64,000 nucleotides of DNA from Eledone cirrhosa. Lineage: Eukaryota. The stretch covers positions 32,612,001-32,676,000 of the forward strand of contig OZ024760.1 in the NCBI GenBank assembly GCA_964016885.1, written 5' to 3'. The notes under the pieces were generated by a model, which saw only the letters and a program-made list of their open reading frames with translations, was not told where the DNA came from and did not search any database. Shown piece after piece: positions 25,301 to 37,900 of the stretch. Numbering within the stretch: the first letter of the stretch is position 1; every line of letters begins with the position of its first letter. A program made the translations under genes and the position numbers.

Positions 25301-27045
25301 GGTTGTGTATGTCTCAAGACAGAAAGTGCACAGTCCACCCTTTACAGTGGTTGTGTAGGTCTCAATACAGAAATCAACCAGTCCACCCTGTACAGTGGTT
25401 GTGTAGGTCTCAAGACAGAAAGCACCCAGTACACCCTGTACAGTGGTTGTGTAGGTCTCAAGACAGAAAGAACCCAGTCCACACTGTACAGTGGTTGTGT
25501 AGGTCTCAAGACAGAAATCACCCAGTCCACCCTGTACAGTGGTTGTGTAGGTCTCAAGACAGAAAGCACCCAGTCCTCCCTGTATAGTGGTTGTGTAGGT
25601 CTCAAGACAGAAAGCACCCAGTCCATCCTGTACAGTGGTTGTGTAGGTCTCAAGACAGAAAGCACCCGGTCCACACTGTACAGTGGTTGTGTAGGTCTCA
25701 AGACAGAAAGCACCCAGTCCTCCCTGTACAGTGGTTGTGTAGGTCTCAAGACAGAAAGCACCCAGTCCACCCACTACAGTGGTTGTGTAGGTCTCAAGAC
25801 GGAAAGCACCCAGTCCACCCTGTACAGTGGTTGTGTATGTCTCAAGACAGAAAGTGCACAGTCCACCCTTTACAGTGGTTGTGTAGGTCTCAATACAGAA
25901 ATCAACCAGTCCACCCTGTACAGTGGTTGTGTAGGTCTCAAGACAGAAAGCACCCAGTACACCCTGTACAGTGGTTGTGTAGGTCTCAAGACAGAAAGAA
26001 CCCAGTCCACACTGTACAGTGGTTGTGTAGGTCTCAAGACAGAAATCACCCAGTCCACCCTGTACAGTGGTTGTGTAGGTCTCAAGACAGAAAGCACCCA
26101 GTCCACCCTGTACAGTGGTTGTGTAGGTCTCAAGACAGAAATCACCCAGTCCACCCTGTACAGTGGTTGTGTAGGTCTCAAGACAGAAAGAACCCAGTCC
26201 ACACTGTACAGTGGTTGTATAGGTCTCAAGACAGAAAGCACCCAGTGCAGCCTGTACAATGGTTGTATAGGTCTCAAGACAGAAAGCACCCAGTCCACCC
26301 TGTACAGTGGTCGTGTAGGTCTCAAGACAGAAAGCACCCAGTCCACCCTGTACAGTGGTTGTGTAGGTCTCAAGACAGAAAGTGCCCAGTCCACCCTGTA
26401 CAGTGGTTGTGTAGGTCTCAAGACAGAAATCACCCAGTCCACCCTGTACAGTGGTTGTGTTGGTCTCAAGACAGAAAAAACCCAGTCCACACTGTACAGT
26501 GGTTGTGTAGGTCTCAAGTCAGAAAGCACACAGTTCACTCTGTACAGTGGTTGTGTAGGTCAAGACAGAAAGCACCCAGTCCACACTGTATAGTGGTTGT
26601 GTAGGTCTCAAGACAGAAAGCACCCAGTCCACCCTGTACAGTGGTTGTCTAGGTCTCAATTCAGAAAGCACCCAGTCCACCCTGTACAGTGGTTGTGTAG
26701 GTCTCAAGTCAGAAAGCACCCAGTCAACCCTGTACAGTGGTTGTGTAGGTCTCAAGACAGAAAGCACCCAGTCCACCCTGTACAATGATTGTGTAGGTCA
26801 CAAGACAGAAAGTACCCAGTCCACACTGTACAGTGGTTGTGTAGGTCTCAAGAGAGAAATCACCCAGTCCACACTGTACAGTGGTTGTGTAGGTCTGAAG
26901 ACAGAAAGCACCCAGTCCACCCAGTACAGTGGCTGTGTAGGTCTCAAGACAGAAAGCCTGCAGTCCACCATGTACATTGGTTGTGTAGGTCTCAAGACAG
27001 AAATCACCCAGTCCACCCTCTACAGTGGTTGTGCAGGTCTCAAGA
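19325..27045 (+). repeat. Higher-order duplication, period 3597 bp (75 monomers minus 3 bp); second copy expanded by an internal 528-bp duplication
   Basis: Offset 3597 for GAAATCAGCC 19374/22971 and ORFs 19883/23480, 20603/24200, 21334/24931. Internal repeat at 25063/25591 (+528). Offset then becomes 4125 (21745/25870, 22472/26597, 22664/26789). Confidence 0.9.
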
Positions 27046-29399
27046 CAGAAAGCACCCAGTACTCCCTGTACAGTGGTTGTGTAGGTCTCAAGACAGAAAG
27101 CACCCGGTCCACACTGTACAGTGGTTGTGTAGGTCTCAAGACAGAAAGCACCCGCTCCACACTGTACAGTGGTTGTGTAGGTCTCAAGAGAGAAAGCACC
27201 CAGTCCACCCTGTACAGTGGTTGTGTAGGTCTCAAGTCAGAAAGCACCCAGTCCATCCTGTACAGTGGTTGTGCAGGTCTCAAGTCAGAAAGCACACAGT
27301 CCACTCTGTACAGTGGTTGTGTAGGTCAAGACAGAAAGCACCCAGTCCACACTGTATAGTGATTGTGTAGGTCTCAAGACAGAAAGCACACAGTCCTCCC
27401 TGTACAGTGGTTGTGTAGGTCTCAAGACAGAAAACACCCAGTCCACCCTGTACAGTGGTTGTGTAGGTCTCAATTCAGAAAGCACCCAGTCCACCCTGTA
27501 CAGTGGTTGTGTAGGTCTCAAGTCAGAAAGCACCCAGTCCACCTTGTACAGTGGTTGTGTAGGTCTCAAGTCAGAAAGCACACAGTTCACTCTGTACAGT
27601 GGTTGTGTAGGTCAAGACAGAGAGCACACAGTCCACACTGTATAGTGGTTGTGTAGGTCTCAAGACAGAAAGCACCCAGTCCACCCTGTACAGTGGTTGT
27701 GTAGGTCTCAAGTCAGAAAGCACCCAGTCCACCCTGTACAGTGGTTGTGTAGGTCTCAAGTCAGAAAGCACCCAGTCAACCCTGTACAGTGGTTGTGTAG
27801 GTCTCAAGACAGAAAGCACCCAGTCCACCCTGTACAATGATTGTGTAGGTCACAAGACAGAAAGAACCCAGTCCACACTGTACAGTGGTTGTGTAGGTCT
27901 CAAGAGAGAAATCACCCAGTCCACACTGTACAGTGGTTGTGTAGGTCTCAAGACAGAAAGTGCCAAGTCCACCCTGTACAGTGGTTGTGTAGGTCTCAAG
28001 ACAGAAATCACCCAGTCAACCCTGTACAGTGGTTTTGTAGGTCTCAAGACAGAAAGCACCCAGTCCACCCTGTACAGTGGTTGTGTAGGTATCAAGACAG
28101 AAAGCACCCAGTCCTCCCTGTACAGTGGTTGTGTAGGTCTCAAGACAGAAAGCACCCAGTCCTCCCTGTACAGTGGTTGTGTAGGTCTCAAGACAGAAAG
28201 CACCCAGTCCACCCTGTACAGTGGTTGTGTACGTCTCAAGACAGAAAGCACCCAGTCCTCCCTGTACAGTGGTTGTGCAGGTCTCAAGACAGAAATCACC
28301 CAGTCCACCCTATACAGTGGTTGTGTAGGTCTCAAGAGAGAAAGCACCCAGTCCACCCTGTACAGGGGTTGTGTAGGTCTCAAGACAGAAAGAACCCAGT
28401 CCACACTGTACAGTGGTTGTGTAGGTCTCAAGACAGAAAGCACCCAGTCCTCCCTGTACAGTGGTTGTGTAGGTCTCAAGACAGAAAGCACCCAGGCCAC
28501 CCTGTACAGTGGTTGTGTAGGTCTCAAGACAGAAAGCACCCAGTCCACCCTGTACAGTAGTTGTGTAGGTGTCAAGACAGAAAGCACACAGTTCACAGTG
28601 TACAGTGGTTGTGTAGGTCTCTAGACAGAAAGCACCCAGTCCATCCTGTACAGTGGTCGTGTAGGTCTCAAGACAGAAATCACCCAGTCCACCCTGTACA
28701 GTGGTTGTGTAGGTCTCAAGACAGAAAGCACCCAGTCCACCCTGTACAGGGGTTGTGTAGGTCTCAAGACAGAAAGAACCCAGTCCACACTGTACAGTGG
28801 TTGTGTAGGTCTCAAGACAGAAATCACCCAGTCCTCCCTGTACAGTGGTTGTGTAGGTCTCAAGACAGAAAGCACCCAGGCCACCCTGTACAGTGGTTGT
28901 GTAGGTCTCAAGACAGAAAGCACCCAGTCTACAGTGTACAGTGCATGTGTAGGTCTCTAGACAGAAAGCACCCAGTCCATCCTGTACAGTGGTTGTGTAG
29001 GTCTAGAGACAGAAAGCACCCAGTCCACCCTGTACAGTGGTTATGTAGGTCTCAAGACAGAAAGCATCCAGTCCACCCTGTACAGTAGTTGTGTAGGTGT
29101 CAAGACAGAAAGCACACAGTTCACAGTGTACAGTGGTTGTGTAGGTCTCTAGACAGAAAGCACCCAGTCCATCCTGTACAGTGGTCGTGTAGGTCTCAAG
29201 ACAGAAATCACCCAGTCCACCCTGTACAGTGGTTGTGTAGGTCTCAAGACAGAAAGCACCCAGTCCACCCTGTACAGTGGTTGTGTAGGTCTCAAGACAG
29301 AAAGCACCCAGTCCACCCTGTACAGTGGTTGTGTAGGTCTCAAGACAGAAAACACCCAGTCCACACTGTACAGTGGTTGTGTAGGTCTCAAGACAGAAA

Positions 29400-32300
29400 G
29401 CACCCAGTCCACCCTGTAGAGTGGTTGTGTAGGTGTCAAGACAGAAAGAGCCCAGTCCACACTGTACAGTGGTTGTGTAGGTCTCAAGACAGAAAGCACC
29501 CAGTCCACACTGTGCAGTGGTTGTGTAGGTCTCAAGATAGAAAGCACCCAGTCCACCCTGTACAGTGGTTGTGTAGGTCTCAAGACAGAAAGTGCCCAGT
29601 CCACCCTGTACAGTGGTTGTGTAGGTCTCAAGACAGAAATCAGCCAGTCCACCCTGTACAGTGGTTGTGTAGGTCTCAAGACAGAAAGCACCCAGTCCAC
29701 CCTGTACATTGGTTATGTAGGTCTCAAGACAGAAATCACCCAGTTCACCCTGTACAGTGGTCGTGTAGGTCTCAAGACAGAAATCACCCAGTCCACCCTG
29801 TACAGTGGCTGTGTAGGTCTCAAGACAGAAAGCATGCAGTCCACCATGAACATTGGTTGTGTAGGTCACAAGACAGAAATCACCGAGTCCACCCTGTACA
29901 GTGGTTGTGCAGGTCTCAAGACAGAAAGCACCCAGTCCACCCTGTACAGTGGTTGTGTAGGTCTCAAGACAGAAAGCACCCGGTCCACACTGTACAGTAG
30001 TTCTGTAGATCTCAAGACAGAAAGCACCCAGTACTCACTGTACAGTGCTTGTGTAGGTCTCAAGACAGAAAGCACCCAGTACTCACTGTACAGTGGTTGT
30101 GCAGGTCTCAAGACAGAAATCACCCAGTCCACCCTGTACAGTGGTTGTGTAGGTCTCAAGTCAGAAAGCACCCAGTCCACCCTGTACATTGGTTGTGTAG
30201 GTCTCAAGTCAGAAAGCACCCAGTCCACCCTGTACAGTGGTTGAGTATGTCTCAAGACAGAAAGCACACAGTCCACTCTGTACAGTGGTTGTGTAGGTCA
30301 AGATAGAAAGCACAAAGTCCACACTGTATAGTGGTTGTGTAGGTCTCAAGACAGAAAGCACCCAGTCCACCCTGTACAGTGGTTGTGTAGGTCTCAAGTC
30401 AGAAAGCACCTAGTCCACCCTGTACAGTGGTTGTGTAGGTCTCAAGACAGAAATCCCCCAGTCCACCATGTACAGTGATTGTGTAGATCTCAAGACAGAA
30501 AGCACCCAGTCCACACTGTACAGTGGTTGTGTAGCTCTCAAGACAGAACGCACACAGTCCACCCTGTACAGTGGTGGTGTAGGTCTCAAGACAGAAATCA
30601 CCCAGTCCACCATGTACAGTGGTTGTGTAGGTCTCAAGACAGAAAGAACCCAGTCCAACCTGTACAGTGGTTGTGTAGGTCTCAAGACAGAAAGCACCCA
30701 GTCCACCCTGTACAGTGGTTGTGTAGGTCTCAAGACAGAAAGAACCCAGTCCACCATGTACAGTGGTTGTGTAGGTCTCAAGACAGAAAGAACCCAGTCC
30801 ACCCTGTACAGTGGTTGTGTAGGTCTCAAGACAGAAAGAACCCAGTCCACCCTGTACAGTGGTTGTGTAGGTCTCAAGACAGAAAGCAATCAGTCCACAC
30901 TGTACAGTGGTTGTGTAGGTCTCAAGACAGAAAGCACCCAGTCCACCCTGTACAGTGGTTGTGTAGGTCTCAAGACAGAAAGCACCCAGTCCACCCTGTA
31001 CAGTGGTTGTGTAGGTCTCATGACAGAAAGCAATCAGTCCACACTGTACAGTGGTTGTGTAGGTCTCAAGACAGAAAGCACCCAGTCCACCCTGTACAGT
31101 GGTTGTGTAGGTTTCAAGACAGAAAGCACCCAGTCCACAGTGTACAGTGGTTGTGTATGTCCCTATACAGAAAGCACCCAGTCCATCCTCTACAGTGGTT
31201 GTGTAGGTCTCAAGACAGAAAGCACCCAGTCCACCTTGTACAGTGGTTGTGTAGGTCTCAAGACAGAAAGTGCCCAGTCCACCCTTTACAGTGGTTGTGT
31301 AGGTCTCAAGACAGAAAGCACCCAGTCCACCCTGTACAGTGGTTGTGTAGGTCTCAAGACAGAAAGTGCCCAGTCCACCCTGTACAGTGGTTGTGTAGGT
31401 CTCAAGACAGAAATCACCCAGTCCACCCTGTACAGTGGTTGTGTAGGTCTCAAGACAGAAAGAACCCAGGCCACACTGTACAGTAGTTGTGTAGGTCTCA
31501 AGACAGAAAGCACCCAGTCCACCCAGTACAGTGGTTGTGTAGGTCTCAAGACGGAAAGCACCCAGTCCACCCTGTACAGTGGTTGTGTATGTCTCAAGAC
31601 AGAAAGTGCCCAGTCCACACTTTACAGTGGTTGTGTAGGTCTCAATACAGAAATCAACCAGTCCACCCTGTACAGTGGTTGTGTAGGTCTCAAGACAGAA
31701 AGCACACAGTCCACCCTGTAGAGTGGTTGTGTAGGTCTCAAGACAGAAAGAGCCCAGTCCACACTGTAGAGTGGTTGTGTAGGTCTCAAGACAGAAAGCA
31801 CCCAGTCCACACTGTGCAGTGGTTGTGTAGGTCTCAAGATAGAAAGCACCCAGTCCACCCTGTACAGTGGTTGTGTAGGTCTCAAGACAGAAAGTGCCCA
31901 GTCCACCCTGTACAGTGTTTGTGTAGGTCTCAAGACAGAAATCAGCCAGTCCACCCTGTACAGTGGTTGTGTAGGTCTCAAGACAGAAAGCACCCAGTCC
32001 ACCCTGTACATTGGTTATGTAGGTCTCAAGACAGAAATCACCCAGTTCACCCTGTACAGTGGTCGTGTAGGTCTCAAGACAGAAAGCACCCAGTCCACCC
32101 TGTACAGTGGCTGTGTAGGTCTCAAGACAGAAAGCATGCAGTCCACCATGAACATTGGTTGTGTAGGTCACAAGACAGAAATCACCGAGTCCACCCTGTA
32201 CAGTGGTTGTGCAGGTCTCAAGACAGAAAGCACCCAGTCCACCCTGTACAGTGGTTGTGTAGGTCTCAAGACAGAAAGCACCCGGTCCACACTGTACAGT

Positions 32301-32990
32301 AGTTCTGTAGATCTCAAGACAGAAAGCACCCAGTACTCACTGTACAGTGCTTGTGTAGGTCTCAAGACAGAAAGCACCCAGTACTCACTGTACAGTGGTT
32401 GTGCAGGTCTCAAGACAGAAATCACCCAGTCCACCCTGTACAGTGGTTGTGTAGGTCTCAAGTCAGAAAGCACCCAGTCCACCCTGTACATTGGTTGTGT
32501 AGGTCTCAAGTCAGAAAGCACCCAGTCCACCCTGTACAGTGGTTGAGTAGGTCTCAAGACAGGAAGCACACAGTCCACTCTGTACAGTGGTTGTGTAGGT
32601 CAAGATAGAAAGCACAAAGTCCACACTGTATAGTGGTTGTGTAGGTCTCAAGACAGAAAGCACCCAGTCCACCCTGTACAGTGGTTGTGTAGGTCTCAAG
32701 TCAGAAAGCACCTAGTCCACCCTGTACAGTGGTTGTGTAGGTCTCAAGACAGAAATCCCCCAGTCCACCATGTACAGTGATTGTGTAGATCTCAAGACAG
32801 AAAGCACCCAGTCCACACTGTACAGTGGTTGTGTAGCTCTCAAGACAGAACGCACACAGTCCACCCTGTACAGTGGTTGTGTAGGTCTCAAGACAGAAAT
32901 CACCCAGTCCACCATGTACAGTGGTTGTGTAGGTCTCAAGACAGAAAGAACCCAGTCCACCCTGTACAGTGGTTGTGTAGGTCTCAAGAC
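29400..32990 (+). repeat. Nested duplication, period 2302 bp (48 monomers minus 2 bp); copied again at ~41.9-45.4 kb
   Basis: ORF pairs 29834/32136, 30049/32351, 30209/32511, 30468/32770. Shared markers GCATGCAG..ATGAACATTGG and GGTCAAGATAG. Confidence 0.88.
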
Positions 32991-34949
32991 AGAAAGCAAT
33001 CAGTCCACACTGTACAGTGGTTGTGTAGGTCTCAAGACAGAAAGCACCCAGTCCACCCTGTACAGTGGTTGTGTAGATCTCAAGACAGAAATCACGCAGT
33101 CCACCCTGTACAGTGGTTGTGTAGGTCTCAACACAGAAAGCACCCAGTCCACCCTGTACAGTGGTTGTGTAGGTTTCAAGACAGAAAGCACCCAGTCCAC
33201 AGTGTACAGTGGTTGTGTATGTCTCTATACAGAAAGCACCCAGTCCATCCTCTACAGTGGTTGTGTAGGTCTCAAGACAGAAAGCACCCAGTCCACCTTG
33301 TACAGTGGTTGTGTAGGTCTCAAGACAGAAAGTGCCCAGTCCACCCTTTACAGTGGTTGTGTAGGTCTCAAGACAGAAAGCACCCAGTCCACCCTGTACA
33401 GTGGTTGTGTAGGTCTCAAGACAGAAAGTGCCCAGTCCACCCTGTACAGTGGTTGTGTAGGTCTCAAGACAGAAAGCACCCAGTCCACCCTGTACAGTGG
33501 TTGTGTAGGTCTCAAGACAGAAAGAACCCAGGCCACACTGTACAGTAGTTGTGTAGGTCTCAAGACAGAAAGCACCCAGTCCACCCAGTACAGTGGTTGT
33601 GTAGGTCTCAAGACGGAAAGCACCCAGTCCACCCTGTACAGTGGTTGTGTATGTCTCAAGACAGAAAGTGCCCAGTCCACCCTTTACAGTGGTTGTGTAG
33701 GTCTCAATACAGAAATCAACCAGTCCACCCTGTACAGTGGTTGTGTAGGTCTCAAGACAGAAAGCACCCAGTACACCCTGTACAGTGGTTGTGTAGGTCT
33801 CAAGACAGAAAGAACCCAGTCCACACTGTACAGTGGTTGTGTAGGTCTAAAGACAGAAATCACCCAGTCCACCCTGTACAGTGGTTGTGTAGGTCTCAAG
33901 ACAGAAAGCACCCAGTCCACCCTGTACAGTGGTTGTGTAGGTCTCAAGACAGAAATCACCCAGTCCACCCTGTACAGTGGTTGTGTAGGTCTCAAGACAG
34001 AAAGCACCCAGTCCACCCTGTACAGTGGTTCTGTAGGTCTCAAGACAGAAAGAACCCAGTCCACACTGTACAGTGGTTGTATAGGTCTCAAGACAGAAAG
34101 CACCCAGTCCAGCCTGTACAATGGTTGTATAGGTCTCAAGACAGAAAGTGCCCAGCCCACCCTGTACAGTGGTTGTGTAGGTCTCAAGACAGAAAGCACC
34201 CAGTCCACCCTGTACAGTGGTTGTGTAGGTCTCAAGACAGAAAGTGCCCAGTCCACCCTGTACAGTGGTTGTGTAGGTGTCAAGACAGAAATCACCCAGT
34301 CCACCCTGTACAGTGGTTGTGTAGGTCTCAAGACAGAAAGAACCCAGTCCACACTGTACAGTGGTTGTGTAGGTCTCAAGACAGAAAGCACCCAGTCCAC
34401 CCTGTACAGTGGTTGTGTAGGTCTCAAGACAGAAAGTGCCCAGTCCACCCTGTACAGTGGTTGTGTAGGTCTCAAGACAGAAAGCACCCAGTCCACCCTG
34501 TACAGTGGTTGTGTAGGTCTCAAGACAGAAAGCACCCAGTCCACCCTGTACAGTAGTTGTGTAGGTCTCAAGACAGAAAGAACCCAGTCCACACTGAACA
34601 GTGGTTGTGTAGGTCTCAAGACAGAATGCACCCAGTCCACCCTGTAGTGTGGTCGTGTAGGTCTCAAGACAGAAAGCACCCAGTCCACCCTGTACAGTGG
34701 TTGTGTAGGTCTCGAGACAGAAAGTGCCCAGTCCACCCTGTACAGTGGTTGTGTAGGTCTCAAGACAGAAAGTGCCCAGTCCACCCTGTACAGTGGTTGT
34801 GTAGGTCTCAAGACAGAAATCACCCAGTCCACCCTGTACAGTGGTTGTGTAGGTCTCAAGACAGAAAGAACCCAGTCCACACTGTACAGTGGTTGTGTAG
34901 GTCTCAAGACAGAAAGCACCCAGTCCTCCCTGTACAGTGGTTGTGTAGG

Positions 34950-37900
34950 TCTCAAGACAGAAAGCACCCAGTCCACCCTGTACAGTGGTTGTGTAGGTCT
35001 CAAGACAGAAAGCACCCGGTCCACACTGTACAGTGGTTGCGTAGGTCTCAAGACAGAACGTGCCCAGTACAACTTGTACAGTGGTTGTGTATGTCTCAAG
35101 ACAGAAAGCACCCAGTCCACCCTGTACAGTGGTTGTGTAGGTCTCAATTCAGAAAGCACCCAGTCCACCCTGTACAGTGGTTGTGTAGGTCTCAAGACAG
35201 AAAGCACCCCGTGCACACTGTACAGTGGTTGTGTAGGTCTCAAGACAGAGAGCACCCAGTCCACCCTGTACAGTGGTTGTGTAGGTCTCAAGACAGAAAG
35301 CACCCGGTCCACACTGTACAGTGGTTGTGTAGGTCTCAAGACGGAAAGCACCCAGTCCACCCTGTAGAGTGGTTGTGTAGGTCTCAAAACAGAAAGAACC
35401 CAGTCCACACCGTAAAGTGGTTGTGTAGGTCTCAAGACAGAAAGCACCCAGTCCACACTGTACAGTGGTTGTGTAGGTCTCAAGATAGAAAGCACCCAGT
35501 CCACCCTGTACAGTGGTTGTGTAGGTCTCAAGACAGAAAGTGCCCAGTCCACCCTGTACAGTGGTTGTGTAGGTCTCAAGACAGAAAGCACCCAGTCTAC
35601 AGTGTACAGTGGTTGTGTAGGTCTCTAGACAGAAAGCACCCAGTCCATCCTGTACAGTGGTTGTGTAGGTCTCAAGACAGAAATCACCCAGTCCACCGAG
35701 TACAGTGGTTGTGTAGGTCTAGAGACAGAAAGCACCCAGTCCACCCTGTACAGTGGTTATGTAGGTCTCAAGACAGAAAGCACCCAGTCCACCCTGTACA
35801 GTAGTTGTGTAGGTGTCAAGACAGAAAGCACACAGTCCACAGTGTACAGTGGTTGTGTAAGTCTCTAGACAGAAAGCACCCAGTCCATCCTGTACAGTGG
35901 TCGTGTAGGTCTCAAGACAGAAATCACCCAGTCCACCCTGTACAGTGGTTGTGTAGGTCTCAAGACAGAAAGCACCCAGTCCACCCTGTACAGTGGTTGT
36001 GTAGGTCTCAAGACAGAAAGCACCTGGTCCACCCTGTACAGTGGTTGTGTAGGTCTCTAGACAGAAAGCACCCAGTCCATCCTGTACAGTGGTTGTGTAG
36101 GTCTCAAGACAGAAAGCACCAGTCCACCTTGTACAGTGGTTGTGTAGGTCTCAAGACAGAAATCACCCAGTCCATCCTGTACAGTGGTTGTGTAGGTCTC
36201 AAGACAGAAATCACCCAGTCCTCCCTGTATAGTGGTTGTGTAGGTCTCAAGACAGAAAGCACCCAGTCCATCCTGTACAGTGGTTGTGTAGGTCTCAAGA
36301 CAGAAAGCACCCGGTCCACACTGTACAGTGGTTGTGTAAGTCTCAAGACAGAAAGCACCCAGTCCTCCCTGTACAGTGGTTGTGTAGGTCTCAAGACAGA
36401 AAGCACCCAGTCCACCCAGTACAGTGGTTGTGTAGGTCTGAAGACGGAAAGCACCCAGTCCACCCTGTACAGTGGTTGTGTATGTCTCAAGACAGAAAGT
36501 GCCCAGTCCACCCTTTACAGTGGTTGTGTAGGTCTCAATACAGAAATCAACCAGTCCACCCTGTACAGTGGTTGTGTAGGTCTCAAGACAGAAAGCACCC
36601 AGTACACCCTGTACAGTGGTTGTGTAGGTCTCAAGACAGAAAGAACCCAGTCCACACTGTACAGTGGTTGTGTAGGTCTCAAGACAGAAATCACCCAGTC
36701 CACCCTGTACAGTGGTTGTGTAGGTCTCAAGACAGAAAGCACCCAGTCCACCCTGTACAGTGGTTGTGTAGGTCTCAAGACAGAAATCACCCAGTCCACC
36801 CTGTACAGTGGTTGTGTAGGTCTCAAGACAGAAAGAACCCAGTCCACACTGTACAGTGGTTGTATAGGTCTCAAGACAGAAAGCACCCAGTGCAGCCTGT
36901 ACAATGGTTGTATAGGTCTCAAGACAGAAAGTGCCCAGCCCACCCTGTACAGTGGTCGTGTAGGTCTCAAGACAGAAAGCACCCAGTCCACCCTGTACAG
37001 TGGTTGTGTAGGTCTCAAGACAGAAAGTGCCCAGTCCACCCTGTACAGTGGTTGTGTAGGTCTCAAGACATAAATCACCCAGTCCACCCTGTACATTGGT
37101 TGTGTTGGTCTCAAGACAGAAAAAACCCAGTCCACACTGTACAGTGGTTGTGTAGGTCTCAAGACAGAAAGCACCCAGTCCACCCTGTACAGTGGTTGTG
37201 TAGGTCTCAAGACAGAAAGTGCCCAGTCCACCCTGTACAGTGGTTGTGTATGTCTCAAGACAGAAAGCACCCAGTCCACCCTTTACAGTGGTTGTGTAGG
37301 TCTCAAGACAGAAAGCACCCAGTCCACCCTGTACAGTAGTTGTGTAGGTCTCAAGACAGAAAGAACCCAGTCCACACTGAACAGTGGTTGTGTAGGTCTC
37401 AAGACAGAATGCACCCAGTCCACCCTGTACAGTGGTCGTGTAGGTCTCAAGACAGAAAGCACCCAGTCCACCCTGTACAGTGGTTGTGTAGGTCTCGAGA
37501 CAGAAAGTGCCCAGTCCACCCTGTACAGTGGTTGTGTAGGTCTCAAGACAGAAAGCACCCAGTCCATCATGTACAGTGGTTGTGTAGGTCTCAAGACAGA
37601 AATAACCCAGTCCACCCTGTACAGTGGTTGTGTAGGTGTGAAGACAGAAAGCACCCAGTCCACAGTGTACAGTGGTTGTGTAGGTCTCTAGACAGAATGC
37701 ACCCAGTCCACCCTGTACAGTGGTCGTGTAGGTCTCAAGACAGAAAGCACCCAGTCCACCCTGTACAGTGGTTGTGTAGGTCTCGAGACAGAAAGTGCCC
37801 AGTCCACCCTGTACAGTGGTTGTGTAGGTCTCAAGACAGAAAGCACCCAGTCCACCATGTAAAGTGGTTGTGTAGGTCTCAAGACAGAAATAACCCAGTC

